Positions 19,161-29,491 of a DNA stretch of 64,000 nucleotides are shown here, piece by piece. This DNA is from an uncultured virus (IMG/VR IMGVR_UViG_3300042197_001183) (Duplodnaviria > Heunggongvirae > Uroviricota > Caudoviricetes): the IMG/VR virus record IMGVR_UViG_3300042197_001183. The stretch is one strand, 5' to 3'. Position 1 is the stretch's first letter; every line of letters starts with the position of its first letter. The notes beneath the pieces were generated by a model, which did not search any database, was not told where the DNA came from, and saw only the letters and a program-made list of their open reading frames with translations. The position numbers and the translations under genes are program-made.

Positions 19161-21263
19161 ATGAATACTCAAAATATACTTAAATATTGGGGAACCAAAT
19201 TAGATATCCAACTTGATTCTTCAGAATATTACGATTATGAAATAGCGAAAACCGAAGTTGATTACGATGAGTTGGTTTTAGATTTAGAAAGTTCGATACC
19301 ATATACGTCTTTAATTATTAATACAACAGGTCTAACAAATTCAGATTGTACAAGAGACACAATTACATTGGTTGAATACGATAACACCATCAATGATACG
19401 GGATACACATATTCGGCAATTAGTTGGACACTATCCTATTCGGCTTTTACTGCAACTTTAGGGAATTCCGATATTATTTTACAAAATGACGTGTATTCTT
19501 ATGAACTTAATGGTAACACTCACTATTTGAGAAATAATGGGTACAATAATACAATTTCTAATCCATTTTCACTTAGTACTTCAGGATTCACATCAGGTAT
19601 AACTGGTGCATCTTATGTGTGTGTCGCCAAATTGGATGATACGGATAATTGTTGTACTCAAGATTCAATACCCGAAGCAAAACCATGGGCCTATCAAATT
19701 AGTCATGGGGGTGGTAATGATAATTGTTCATATAAGGTTAAAAGAAGAACAGAAAAAGGGTGGACAATTGATTTAGTTCTTAATCGTAATGATAACCCAT
19801 GGTCAAGTGGTAAAACAATTTATTATTTGGGTGTAAGAGGTGAAAATGATGTTAAAAATTACGCAGATAATAATTTATCTTTTTCATTTACAAATGATGG
19901 TAGGATACAATGGCAATCATTAAGATATTCGGGAATATGTTTAAGTGATAGTGGATACACCGAATCTTATTATACATCATCAGGACAAACACCGGTTTTA
20001 TGTGTGAGTGGAACATCGGAAGATTTTAACATTACAATTTCATTTGAAAGAAATAATTATTTTACCGGTTGTGATATAGAAAATGATGGGGGTTGGAATG
20101 ATTTAATTACAGGAAGAACGTTAACAAGTTCAATTAGTGATTGGTTAACGGGGGCAACACCATCTTACGACGATATTGAGGTTTTAAATAAAAAATGGGC
20201 AGAAGAAAAAAGTAAAAGATTGGGAACTTTAAAAATATATTTAAATGGTAAAAAAATATATAAAATAACTAATTGGGAAGAGACAATACCTTCAACAAGA
20301 GGTTATCAACCCATGGTCCAATCTTGGGGTGGTGGAACACAATATTCAGGAAGTATACACAATTCAGGTCTTTCTTGTTTTATTTTTAAAAGAATTCAAT
20401 ATTACGAGGAGCCATTAAATTATGTTAGAGTTAATCATCATTATTTGGTTGACACTAAACCAAATTATAATATAATAGAATGTGACCAAGAATGTCAAGA
20501 TAATGTTGAGGTAATTGTTAGTTTACCACCAACACCATCAATAACTCCAACCATCACACCAACTAGTTCTGTTACACCTTCTGTCACTCCATCTATTACT
20601 CCTTCGATAACACCAACAACATCGGTGACACCATCTATCACACCATCTATTACTCCTTCGATAACACCATCCATTACCCCATCTATCACACCATCTATCA
20701 CACCATCTATCACACCATCTATTACTCCTTCGATAACACCATCCATTACCCCATCTATCACACCAACAACATCGGTGACACCATCTATCACACCATCTAT
20801 TACTCCTTCGATAACACCAACACCTTCTTTGTCGTTCTGTCCAATTGGTTATACTAATTGTGAACGAATAAGATTTAGTAATATAAGTAATCCTCGTGTA
20901 CCTGCAAACATAAAAGGTAATCAATGTGGTGGTTTCTTTTTTAATGTAACTTTAGGTACCCACGCTTCACTTATTTCGTGCGTTAGACCTGATAGTCTAA
21001 TTTATAATCCTTCAGATATATCTTTAGAAGTTATAGAAGTATGTGGTACTTATTGCCCACCACCAACTCCCACACCAACCCCCACACCATCATTAACCAC
21101 GGGATATATTCCACCCACACCATCTATCACACCTTCCATCACACCAACTAGAAGTATAACACCATCTATCACACCAACCCCCACACCAACACCAACACCA
21201 ACTAGAACACCGACGCCATCAAATATTGGTGAAGAGGGTGGGGGTAAAGGAGAGGGTGGTTGA
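19161..21263 (+). CDS. Putative virion protein: LamG/concanavalin-like domain plus Thr/Pro/Ser-rich repeats
   Basis: [10 protein letters not shown] and ..IQYYEEPL LamG-like segments; long (TPSI)n tracts; small Cys-rich domain between tracts. Confidence 0.7.
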   Translation: MNTQNILKYWGTKLDIQLDSSEYYDYEIAKTEVDYDELVLDLESSIPYTSLIINTTGLTNSDCTRDTITLVEYDNTINDTGYTYSAISWTLSYSAFTATLGNSDIILQNDVYSYELNGNTHYLRNNGYNNTISNPFSLSTSGFTSGITGASYVCVAKLDDTDNCCTQDSIPEAKPWAYQISHGGGNDNCSYKVKRRTEKGWTIDLVLNRNDNPWSSGKTIYYLGVRGENDVKNYADNNLSFSFTNDGRIQWQSLRYSGICLSDSGYTESYYTSSGQTPVLCVSGTSEDFNITISFERNNYFTGCDIENDGGWNDLITGRTLTSSISDWLTGATPSYDDIEVLNKKWAEEKSKRLGTLKIYLNGKKIYKITNWEETIPSTRGYQPMVQSWGGGTQYSGSIHNSGLSCFIFKRIQYYEEPLNYVRVNHHYLVDTKPNYNIIECDQECQDNVEVIVSLPPTPSITPTITPTSSVTPSVTPSITPSITPTTSVTPSITPSITPSITPSITPSITPSITPSITPSITPSITPSITPSITPTTSVTPSITPSITPSITPTPSLSFCPIGYTNCERIRFSNISNPRVPANIKGNQCGGFFFNVTLGTHASLISCVRPDSLIYNPSDISLEVIEVCGTYCPPPTPTPTPTPSLTTGYIPPTPSITPSITPTRSITPSITPTPTPTPTPTRTPTPSNIGEEGGGKGEGG
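20526..20826 (+). repeat. Coding tandem repeat, 12-nt unit encoding TPS(I/V)
   Basis: ACACCATCTATC and synonymous variants repeated about 25 times. Confidence 0.9.
21057..21220 (+). repeat. Second PT/TPSI coding repeat tract
   Basis: [40 protein letters not shown]. Confidence 0.85.
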
Positions 21264-21331
21264 TTTTAATAGAGATTGGTGATTGATATAAAAATATTAT
21301 TTTAAGTATTTATAAACAAGACAATATTAAA

Positions 21332-21700
21332 ATGGAATTTTTCATAAGACAAGGAGCATCTGAACCAATATTAAAAATGAGACTTATCGACGATGGGAAG
21401 AATGATAAGTCAGGATTTAATGATATGTTGGAGAACTCCAATGTTACTTTTGATATGTACGACGTGGAAACGGGTGAACCTGAAATTTTAAATTCTACGT
21501 GTTTAATTACCACAAGAGATAAAAAATACAATCAAACAACTGACGAATATTATATAACCCACCAATTTACTGAATCTCAAACTACGAAAGTTGGTAAATA
21601 CGAGGGTAAAATAACAATTCAATTTTTAGACACAAATTTAGAACCAACAACTAAATTAATTTTACCCATCAAAGAAAAACTTTATATTACGATATTTTGA
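21332..21700 (+). CDS. BppU-N-like / Ig-like virion protein
   Basis: FFIRQG..P.L.M.L..VTFDM..T.KVGKYEG.I.I.F..P pattern; TATTTAT upstream. Confidence 0.55.
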   Translation: MEFFIRQGASEPILKMRLIDDGKNDKSGFNDMLENSNVTFDMYDVETGEPEILNSTCLITTRDKKYNQTTDEYYITHQFTESQTTKVGKYEGKITIQFLDTNLEPTTKLILPIKEKLYITIF

Positions 21701-21726
21701 TTTTTGATTTTTTTTTCATATACTTT
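21696..21726 (+). promoter_or_regulatory. Putative early/host-RNAP promoter of polB
   Basis: TTTG-N19-TATACTTT (equivalently TTGATT-N16-TATACT). Confidence 0.45.
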
Positions 21727-21785
21727 TAAGTAAGACAAACTACAATCTAATTGTAAGCTAATGTGTCAAACTAAAATTATAAAAA

Positions 21786-24700
21786 ATGTCAAAAATAATT
21801 TCACAAGAGATAATCGAGAGCTTTTTAAATGGTTCAGATTCGGAACAATACATTGTTGGGGTGGAATACGACTATCAAACAAACAAAATTTTTAAAATAA
21901 TTCAAGACCCCGAAAGAGGTAAAATTATTAAATCAGATACCTTAATACCATTTTTATGGGTTGGTGATTTAAGTGAATGTAATTTTTATGGTGGAAATAA
22001 GTCTCTTCAGAAAAAGAAGATGGCTGAGTTTGGTATTGTAATTGAGAAACTACAAACACATGGGAACAACAGACTAGAAAATGGTCAATGTTATTTAGTA
22101 AAAAGTTTTAAAAATTACACATCTTTAGTTTCGTTTTTTAGATATGGGGGAGTTGACCCTTGGAACGAAAAATATAAACATTTATTCACCATATTGTCTC
22201 CGGTTGAACAATTTTTAGTTCAAAAGAAAAAAAGACTTTTTAAGGGTATTGATGATTATTCTGGTGTATATCGTTTTGTTTTTGACATTGAGACAACAGG
22301 TCTTGAACCTGAAAAAAATAGAATAATCCTTATTGGCGTTAAAGATAATCGTGGTTTTAAAAAAACCATATCGGCATTTGGGGATGATGGTGAAAAAAAA
22401 TGTATAGAAGAATTCTTTGAAATAATTAAAGAATTAAAACCCACTATAATAGGTGGTTACAATTCTGCGTCTTTTGATTTCCCTTTCATTTTAAAAAGAG
22501 CCGAAATTTTGGGTGTCGACATTAAAGAATGTACATCTATTTTCACTAATAATGGTATTAAACAAAAAGAAGGGATGCTAAAATTAGCAAACGAAGTGGA
22601 ACCATATACCCAACATATAATATGGGGTCATAATATTGTGGATATATCTCATTCAGTTAGAAGAGCACAGGCTATTAATTCGGAAATTAAGTCTTGGGGA
22701 TTGAAGTATATCACTCAATACTTAGAAAAAGAAAAACCAAATCGTGTTTATGTCGAAGGTTCTACCATTTCTAAGATATATTTAGAAAATGATAGTTATT
22801 ATGTTAATCCAAAAACAGGTAAATACAAAAAAATTGGTGAACCAGGTACGGAGAATTTGTTAGACAAATACCCCGGTAAATATGAAATATGGTCGGGTCA
22901 AAGAATAGTTGAACAATATCTTGACGATGACTTGTATGAAACAATGATTGTTGATGATTCGTTTTCACAATCAACATTTTTATTATCTAAATTGGTCCCA
23001 ACAACCTATGAAAGAATTGCAACTATGGGTACCGCCACTCTTTGGAAAATTATCATGTTGGCGTGGTCTTATGAGAATGAATTAGCAATTCCCGCTAAAG
23101 ATGAAAAAAGAGGGATTACTGGTGGTTTATCAAGATTGTTGAATGTTGGGTATTCAAAGAACATCGTAAAATTTGACTATGCTTCTCTTTACCCATCAAT
23201 TCAATTAGTTTATGATGTCTTTCCCGAATGTGATGTAATGGGTGTTCAAAAATCTATGTTAAAGTATTTTAGAAACATTCGTATCAAATACAAGAGGTTA
23301 GCTGGTGAACTGGCAAAAACAAATCCTGTTGAAGCGGAAATGTACGACCGAAAACAATTACCTATTAAGATTTTTATTAATGCGTATTTTGGTTCGTTAT
23401 CCGCACCCCAAGTATTTCCATGGGGTGATATGAATATGGGTGAAACAATTACCTGTACGGGTCGTCAATGTCTCCGTATGATGATTATGTTTTTTGAGAA
23501 AAAGGGATATAAACCACTCGTTATGGATAGTGTGGAATATGATACACCTATCTATCTTATGGATAAAATGGGTGATTTAGTTATTTTACCAATTTCAGAT
23601 ATCTTTGATGAAGAATCTGAATATAAAACTGACGATAATTTAAGAGATTTTTCAGAAAAAGAATATAAAGTTTTGACTAATCATGGTTGGCAACCAATTA
23701 ATTATGTTTATCGCCATGGAACAACAAAAACAATACATAAGTTAGTCACTAAGGATAGGTTAGTTAATTGTACATCTGACCATTCGGTATTCCAAAATGG
23801 TGTTCAAATAAAACCAACAAATTTGAAAAGAGGGGATAAAATAGATATCGTTGAAATACCTACAATGAATAATATTGACACTATGAGTTTGGATATGGCT
23901 AATTTAATTGGGTTTTTTATTGGTGATGGTTCAAGTACATATAGAGATAGGGGTCAAACATATAAAAATAAAAGAGGCGTTGTAAAAAGATATCGAAATA
24001 TGTCAGGTAATTTCACTTTAAATAACTCAAGGTTAGATATTTTAGAAAAATATCAAAAAGTATTAAAAAAAGAATTTGGGGTTGATTCTAAAATCAACGA
24101 TACACGTGAAAGTTCATCGGTCTATAAATTACAAACATCTAATGCGGAGATTTGTAAGTGGTTTTCAAAAAATTGTTATACAGGATATCGTCAAAAAATG
24201 GTTCCAAAAGAAATATTGAATAGTTCTAGTGAAATTATGAAATCATTTTTAGATGGATTTTACCTTGCTGATGGGTATGGTGATGATTTTAATAATCCCA
24301 TTGATATCGCTCAAAAATCAAAAGTTTGTGTTGCTGGTATTGTATTTTTATTAAAACAATTAGGTATTAGTTACAAAATTCAAATACGTAAAGATAAACC
24401 AAACATTCAAAGTATCATATTGGGCCACAAAAGAAATGATAAGTATTACAAAATTAACGACACCAAATCAAAAAGAAAAAGTGATGAGGTTTGGGGTAAT
24501 GTTGAATTAGAAAATAAAGAGAGGTATGTTTACGATATTTCGACCGCGGATGGGACTTTTGTTGGTGGGATTGGTGGAGTTCTTTTAAAGAATACCGATG
24601 GAGTAAATTTCTCAACACCAGAAGATATTGATTCTCACATTTATATTGGTAAAGGTTTAAATGAATTGGTAGAAAAGGGTAAAGAGTATATAGGCATTGA

Positions 24701-25748
24701 AGCGGACACCGCAGAATTCAATGATATCTTTATGAGAAATGAAATGGGACTTGACATTGATTACACCGCACCCGCTTGTATTAATGTATCAAGAAAAAAT
24801 TATATCATTAAACTCCTTAAAAAAGGAAAAGAAAAGATTAAACTAACAGGAAATACCATTAAATCCAAAAAACTTCAACAATACATTGTGGAATTTTTAG
24901 ATGAAGGTCTAAAACACTTATTGAATGGAGATGGGTTGTCGTTTATTGAATTATACTACAAATACGCTGAAAACATATATAATCAAAAAATACCACTATC
25001 AAAAATGGCGAATAAATCGAGAGTAAAACAATCGGTTGAAGACTATAAAAAACATATTAAAAAGACAACAAAATCAGGTTCTTTGATGTCTCGTCAAGCA
25101 CATATGGAGTTGGTTATTCAAAATAACTATCCTGCTGGTTTAGGTGAAACAATATACTATATTAATAATGGTAAAAAGAAATCCGATGGTGATGTCCAAA
25201 AGATAACAAAACCAACCAAAAAACAACAAGAAGAGTATTTTCAAAAACACGGGGAACAAATACCTATCGATTATTTGGAAATAAATTGTTATATGATTTC
25301 GGAAAAAGAAATGAGTAACAATCCTGAAATGACAGGCGATTATAATGTTGCAAGATATTTGAATAATTTTAATAAAAGAATAGAACCTTTATTGGTTGTC
25401 TTTAATCCTGAAATTCGTCACGATATTTTAATTGAAAATCCAGAAAAAAGACAATACTTTACTAAAACACAATGTCAATTGGTTAGTGGTTACCCATTAA
25501 AAGAAGATGGGCAAGATAAGTACGATGAGGTTATGACCTTATCAGATAGTGAAGTATTATTTTGGAATAGAGTTAATAGAGACCCATTTTTTATGTATGT
25601 GGAAGATAGTTTAGAACTTGTAAATCCACATTGGGTCGAATTAAATAGAAAAGTTGTGAAGTTAGAATCTGAAAGTATTAAGAATAATGAGGACGAATAT
25701 ATCGAAAATAACGGGAATGACTTTGCGTTCCACGCAGTAGAGACTTAA
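21786..25748 (+). CDS. polB: Family B DNA polymerase, intein-containing
   Basis: Exo motifs FDIETTG and GGYNSASFDFPF; pol motifs DYASLYPS, KIFINAYFG and VMD/TDG split by an intein. Confidence 0.95.
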   Translation: MSKIISQEIIESFLNGSDSEQYIVGVEYDYQTNKIFKIIQDPERGKIIKSDTLIPFLWVGDLSECNFYGGNKSLQKKKMAEFGIVIEKLQTHGNNRLENGQCYLVKSFKNYTSLVSFFRYGGVDPWNEKYKHLFTILSPVEQFLVQKKKRLFKGIDDYSGVYRFVFDIETTGLEPEKNRIILIGVKDNRGFKKTISAFGDDGEKKCIEEFFEIIKELKPTIIGGYNSASFDFPFILKRAEILGVDIKECTSIFTNNGIKQKEGMLKLANEVEPYTQHIIWGHNIVDISHSVRRAQAINSEIKSWGLKYITQYLEKEKPNRVYVEGSTISKIYLENDSYYVNPKTGKYKKIGEPGTENLLDKYPGKYEIWSGQRIVEQYLDDDLYETMIVDDSFSQSTFLLSKLVPTTYERIATMGTATLWKIIMLAWSYENELAIPAKDEKRGITGGLSRLLNVGYSKNIVKFDYASLYPSIQLVYDVFPECDVMGVQKSMLKYFRNIRIKYKRLAGELAKTNPVEAEMYDRKQLPIKIFINAYFGSLSAPQVFPWGDMNMGETITCTGRQCLRMMIMFFEKKGYKPLVMDSVEYDTPIYLMDKMGDLVILPISDIFDEESEYKTDDNLRDFSEKEYKVLTNHGWQPINYVYRHGTTKTIHKLVTKDRLVNCTSDHSVFQNGVQIKPTNLKRGDKIDIVEIPTMNNIDTMSLDMANLIGFFIGDGSSTYRDRGQTYKNKRGVVKRYRNMSGNFTLNNSRLDILEKYQKVLKKEFGVDSKINDTRESSSVYKLQTSNAEICKWFSKNCYTGYRQKMVPKEILNSSSEIMKSFLDGFYLADGYGDDFNNPIDIAQKSKVCVAGIVFLLKQLGISYKIQIRKDKPNIQSIILGHKRNDKYYKINDTKSKRKSDEVWGNVELENKERYVYDISTADGTFVGGIGGVLLKNTDGVNFSTPEDIDSHIYIGKGLNELVEKGKEYIGIEADTAEFNDIFMRNEMGLDIDYTAPACINVSRKNYIIKLLKKGKEKIKLTGNTIKSKKLQQYIVEFLDEGLKHLLNGDGLSFIELYYKYAENIYNQKIPLSKMANKSRVKQSVEDYKKHIKKTTKSGSLMSRQAHMELVIQNNYPAGLGETIYYINNGKKKSDGDVQKITKPTKKQQEEYFQKHGEQIPIDYLEINCYMISEKEMSNNPEMTGDYNVARYLNNFNKRIEPLLVVFNPEIRHDILIENPEKRQYFTKTQCQLVSGYPLKEDGQDKYDEVMTLSDSEVLFWNRVNRDPFFMYVEDSLELVNPHWVELNRKVVKLESESIKNNEDEYIENNGNDFAFHAVET
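23529..24593 (+). mobile_element. Intein (355 aa) with LAGLIDADG endonuclease in polB motif C
   Basis: VMD|SVEYDTPI...CTSDHS...LIGFFIGDG...FLDGFYLADG...VYDIST..GGVLLKN|TDG; removal restores MDTDG. Confidence 0.92.
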
Positions 25749-25749
25749 A

Positions 25750-26868
25750 TTATATAACGTTATATGGTGATTGGAAAGGTCTGAATTTTAAAGCTTTATT
25801 TAAATTTTCTGCTTCTTCTGCTTTTCTTAGTAGCATTTTGTCAGGCCTGAGTCTTTCTAAACGATTCATTAATTCTTCAATTAGTTTTAATTTTTCGTCT
25901 TTACCTTCAGTTAACAATGTACTATAATCCAATTTTATTGTACTATCGGGTACTTGTAAGTCTCCTGAAAATTTTCCCCATATTCTACCTAATCCTTCTT
26001 TTGAGTAAGCAATGAGATATTTTCTAACCCAATTTTGTGCTGGTTTATTTAAAATATCCCATGTTAGTTCTTCCACTTCAACATCTGAAGGTAATTTAAC
26101 AATACCACTGTTTTTGTCTAAACAGGTATCACTTGATGTGGTGTCATAATACCAATACCAAACTCTACTTCTGTTGTTTTGTATTGAACCAAAATCAAAT
26201 ATACCACCAGGAACATTTGATAAATGAACTATTTTGGTACCATTTGGACCCGCCGTTATTCGATATGTGAGTTCACCACCTATAAGTCTGTTTTTTAAAT
26301 TTCTGTCTTGCATTCTCAATAAAAGGTCGTATGCTGGTAATAAAAAATACGACCCCGACGCACCTTGTTGAGCAAAACCACCAACACCACCAAAAGCGAC
26401 ACCACCTAACCCACCAAATCCACCCAAAAATGGGTCAACAATAGAGTCAGTTAGTTCTGCCCTTGTAAACCATAATAATTCATTTATTTCTCTACCAGCA
26501 GGAATCACATACGTTTGAGTATTGGCTGACAATGTTATATAGTCTTTTTTTAATTCACTATCACCACCGGCCTGTAATCCGACAATCCTAGAATATGAGT
26601 GACTATATTGTGTTTCATAATCCAAACTTCTTGTTGTAAAAGCCCTTGTTAGTGATTGTGTGTCGACATCTAATCCAACCAATGCGGACCATTGAGATTC
26701 AATTAACCAATCATTAACATATTGTTCATATTCAGATACCGATAGTTCTAAGAAGGTGTCCATTTGTTCTTCGGTTAATTCGACACCCCTAACAGGTAAA
26801 CCTAATAAATGAAAAACTTGAGTATAAAGTTTTTGTTTTTCGGTATTTGAAATTATAGTTGTACTCAT
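25750..26868 (-). CDS. Neck/head-to-tail adaptor, gp13-like
   Basis: LGLPVRGVELTEEQM at the N-terminus and WVRKY..A.SKE.LG.I.GKF..L..EG..EK at the C-terminus. Confidence 0.75.
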   Translation of the reverse strand: MSTTIISNTEKQKLYTQVFHLLGLPVRGVELTEEQMDTFLELSVSEYEQYVNDWLIESQWSALVGLDVDTQSLTRAFTTRSLDYETQYSHSYSRIVGLQAGGDSELKKDYITLSANTQTYVIPAGREINELLWFTRAELTDSIVDPFLGGFGGLGGVAFGGVGGFAQQGASGSYFLLPAYDLLLRMQDRNLKNRLIGGELTYRITAGPNGTKIVHLSNVPGGIFDFGSIQNNRSRVWYWYYDTTSSDTCLDKNSGIVKLPSDVEVEELTWDILNKPAQNWVRKYLIAYSKEGLGRIWGKFSGDLQVPDSTIKLDYSTLLTEGKDEKLKLIEELMNRLERLRPDKMLLRKAEEAENLNKALKFRPFQSPYNVI

Positions 26869-26909
26869 GAATTTACTTTTAATATAAATACTTGTATATT
26901 CAGTACACT

Positions 26910-27194
26910 ATGTCTAACAAAAACAATAATATATTTAATTCTAAAATATTTTACGAATTTTTTGTTTTTTGTACAAAAAAAAATATTGATTTTACTTTAG
27001 AAATTAATGAAAAAAGTAAAATAAAATACGATAATAAAAACAATAAAATCATTGCTGTTTTATCAAAAAACGACGATGAATTTAAACCAAAAATAATTTA
27101 TGATGTTTGGAACAAAATAATTGAAAAACACATAACAGATAATAATGAAAAAGAAAAAATTAAAAAAGATTTAGAAAATTTGTTTAAGGAGTGA
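26910..27194 (+). CDS. Hypothetical protein
   Basis: Low-complexity N/K-rich ORF filling the gap between neck and helicase genes; ATG at 26910 preferred. Confidence 0.45.
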   Translation: MSNKNNNIFNSKIFYEFFVFCTKKNIDFTLEINEKSKIKYDNKNNKIIAVLSKNDDEFKPKIIYDVWNKIIEKHITDNNEKEKIKKDLENLFKE

Positions 27195-28925
27195 TTGTGC
27201 AAAATTTTCACTAAATTCACCATCACCTAAAACTTGGTCAATTATATTTTTCTTTTTCTGTAGTATATTGTAAACAATTTTTTCTATTGTATTTTCAAAA
27301 ATTGGGTAGTAAACAATTACATTTTTTTTCTGACCATATCTAAAGGCTCTATCTTCTGCTTGACTATGGTGAGCGGGCACAAATGATAAATCATTCATGA
27401 TTACAACTTCCGCTTCGGTTAATGTGATACCAACACCACCAGCAACAATGTTTGATATGAAGATTTTTATTTTATCTTCAGTCTGAAATCTGTCAACCGA
27501 TTTTTGTCTTTTTTCTTTAGACATTCTACCATCTAAAACAACTGAATTTTTTTTATATTTTTCATGTAACATATCCAAAGACATTGTAAAATTAGTAAAA
27601 ACAATTATTTTTTTTCCTTGTTCCAAACACCTATCAATTATCTCACAAGTATAATCTACTTTTTGTTCTGATATTATTTTCCTAATTTTCATTAATCTAT
27701 TAATTGTAATAGATAACGATTCTTTGTTTTTATTTTCTTGTGCAATTTGAATAAATTCTTCTAATCCACTATCGTATTCTGTACTTGATAAAGTTAAAAA
27801 TATTGGACTAATAATTTTATCAGGTAAATCCAATATATCTGTTTTTAATCTTCGTAAAATGGTGTTTTTTGTTTTTGTTTTCAGTTCTTCTAAATTTGTC
27901 GCCCCACCTGTATTCCAAATTTTTCTTCCATTTACAGTAAATTGATACCCACCGCAATATCTTCTAACATATGCCGACCAATCTAAAGTAACGTTGGAAT
28001 TTACAATTTTTAATAAATTAAAATAATTTATTGGTCTTGATGTCATTGGTGTACCAGTGAGTAACCATACTTTGGGTATTCTTGATAATATATCATTTAT
28101 TAATTTTGTCCTTTGTGCAGTCGTATTAGAAATATAATGGGCCTCATCCACAATAGCTAAATCAAATTTAGTGTCTGATATTTGAGTATTTTTTTCTTCA
28201 CCAATTTCAGGTTCACCAATTGTGTGATAATTTTTTATAATATCATAATTTATTATGTAAAAATCAAATGTTGAACCCCATTTACCCCCTTCCACAATTA
28301 GAGTTTTTTTGTTTGAATAAATTTCAATTTCTCTTTGCCAATTTATTTTTAAAGACGCCGGACATATAATTAGAATTTTTTTTGATTGACTTTCTAATGA
28401 TGCGATGATTGCTGACGTACTTTTTCCCACACCCATATCGTCCGCTAAAATAAATCTATCATTAGCTAATAATTTTTCAATTGCAATTTTTTGATGTGAC
28501 AATGGTGGTCTATTGTCATATGGGGAATAATCAATTTCTCTATTTAATTTTTTTTCTTCTTGTATGATTGCAGATTTTGGAATCCAAAACGCGTGGTTTT
28601 TTTCATTTTCAAAAATTTTACCCCATATATGATACGCCTTATCGGTTTCACATAACAATTTTTCACACCATATTTTTTCGGGAACAAAATTCAATTCTTT
28701 TGTTTCTTTTAATTTTTCTCCAAAATTTTCAACGATTGCAATATCCTTTCTTGCAATTTTAGGGACAACCTCATGATATTTAATAACATATTCAGATTGT
28801 GGTCTTGTTAATTTAAAACTTTTATTTGTTTCAAATTTTTTTTTCCAATCAATCAATTGATTGTTATAACCTTCGTAGGTCTCTAAAATATTCTTTGCAA
28901 CTATTTCTGGTACTTTATCAAGCAT
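27171..28925 (-). CDS. SNF2-family (SMARCAL1/HARP-like) helicase/translocase
   Basis: LADDMGVGKS, CPASLKINW, DEAH, LTGTP, RRLK, GGVGITLT, QAEDRAFRYGQ. Confidence 0.92.
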   Translation of the reverse strand: MLDKVPEIVAKNILETYEGYNNQLIDWKKKFETNKSFKLTRPQSEYVIKYHEVVPKIARKDIAIVENFGEKLKETKELNFVPEKIWCEKLLCETDKAYHIWGKIFENEKNHAFWIPKSAIIQEEKKLNREIDYSPYDNRPPLSHQKIAIEKLLANDRFILADDMGVGKSTSAIIASLESQSKKILIICPASLKINWQREIEIYSNKKTLIVEGGKWGSTFDFYIINYDIIKNYHTIGEPEIGEEKNTQISDTKFDLAIVDEAHYISNTTAQRTKLINDILSRIPKVWLLTGTPMTSRPINYFNLLKIVNSNVTLDWSAYVRRYCGGYQFTVNGRKIWNTGGATNLEELKTKTKNTILRRLKTDILDLPDKIISPIFLTLSSTEYDSGLEEFIQIAQENKNKESLSITINRLMKIRKIISEQKVDYTCEIIDRCLEQGKKIIVFTNFTMSLDMLHEKYKKNSVVLDGRMSKEKRQKSVDRFQTEDKIKIFISNIVAGGVGITLTEAEVVIMNDLSFVPAHHSQAEDRAFRYGQKKNVIVYYPIFENTIEKIVYNILQKKKNIIDQVLGDGEFSENFAQSLLKQIF

Positions 28926-28976
28926 GCTTTATAAAAAATAATGAATAAGATTGACAATATAAACTATTTATTATAT

Positions 28977-29489
28977 ATGAAAAACAAATTACCAATAACA
29001 AGAATTTCAAAATTCTTTTCTCAAACAGATATGGATTTAAATGTTCAATTAGGTGAAGAGTATTTACATGGTGATTTAGGTATGAAGTTAGTTCTTTTTA
29101 GAGTTGACAGACAAAAAACCGATACCGATAATGTGTATGGTGAGGTTGGTAAAGATGGTATTAAATTTTACCCCCCTGTTGAGTTTTATGGTTTGGTAAA
29201 AATAGAAGAACCAAAAAACAATAGTTACACAAAAGGAGTAAACAGATATTTAGAACCGGGAAATATGTCAGTATCTGTTTATTTAAAACATTTAGAAGAA
29301 ATGCAGATAGATATCAAATATGGTGACTTTATTGGGTGTCCTGAATCTGAAGAAAAAATTAGATACTATACTGTTACAAATGACGGGAAAATTGTTTCAG
29401 ACAATAAACATAATATGTTTGGTTTTAAACCATACTATAGAACAATTGCTTGTGCACCAGCTCAAGAATTTGAATTTAGAGGAGTTTAA
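28977..29489 (+). CDS. Neck/head-closure protein, gp14-like
   Basis: DNVYGE..K.Y.PVE..G and I.IKYGDFI motifs; position before tail completion and sheath; start set at the ATG 5 nt after TATTTAT. Confidence 0.6.
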   Translation: MKNKLPITRISKFFSQTDMDLNVQLGEEYLHGDLGMKLVLFRVDRQKTDTDNVYGEVGKDGIKFYPPVEFYGLVKIEEPKNNSYTKGVNRYLEPGNMSVSVYLKHLEEMQIDIKYGDFIGCPESEEKIRYYTVTNDGKIVSDNKHNMFGFKPYYRTIACAPAQEFEFRGV

Positions 29490-29491
29490 TT

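Noticed and set aside
20526..20826. Possible CRISPR array
   Set aside because: 12-nt tandem units with synonymous variation and no spacers, inside a CDS.
20495..20924. Minus-strand ORFs (VIDG and RWCD repeats)
   Set aside because: Antisense shadows of the TPSI coding repeat.
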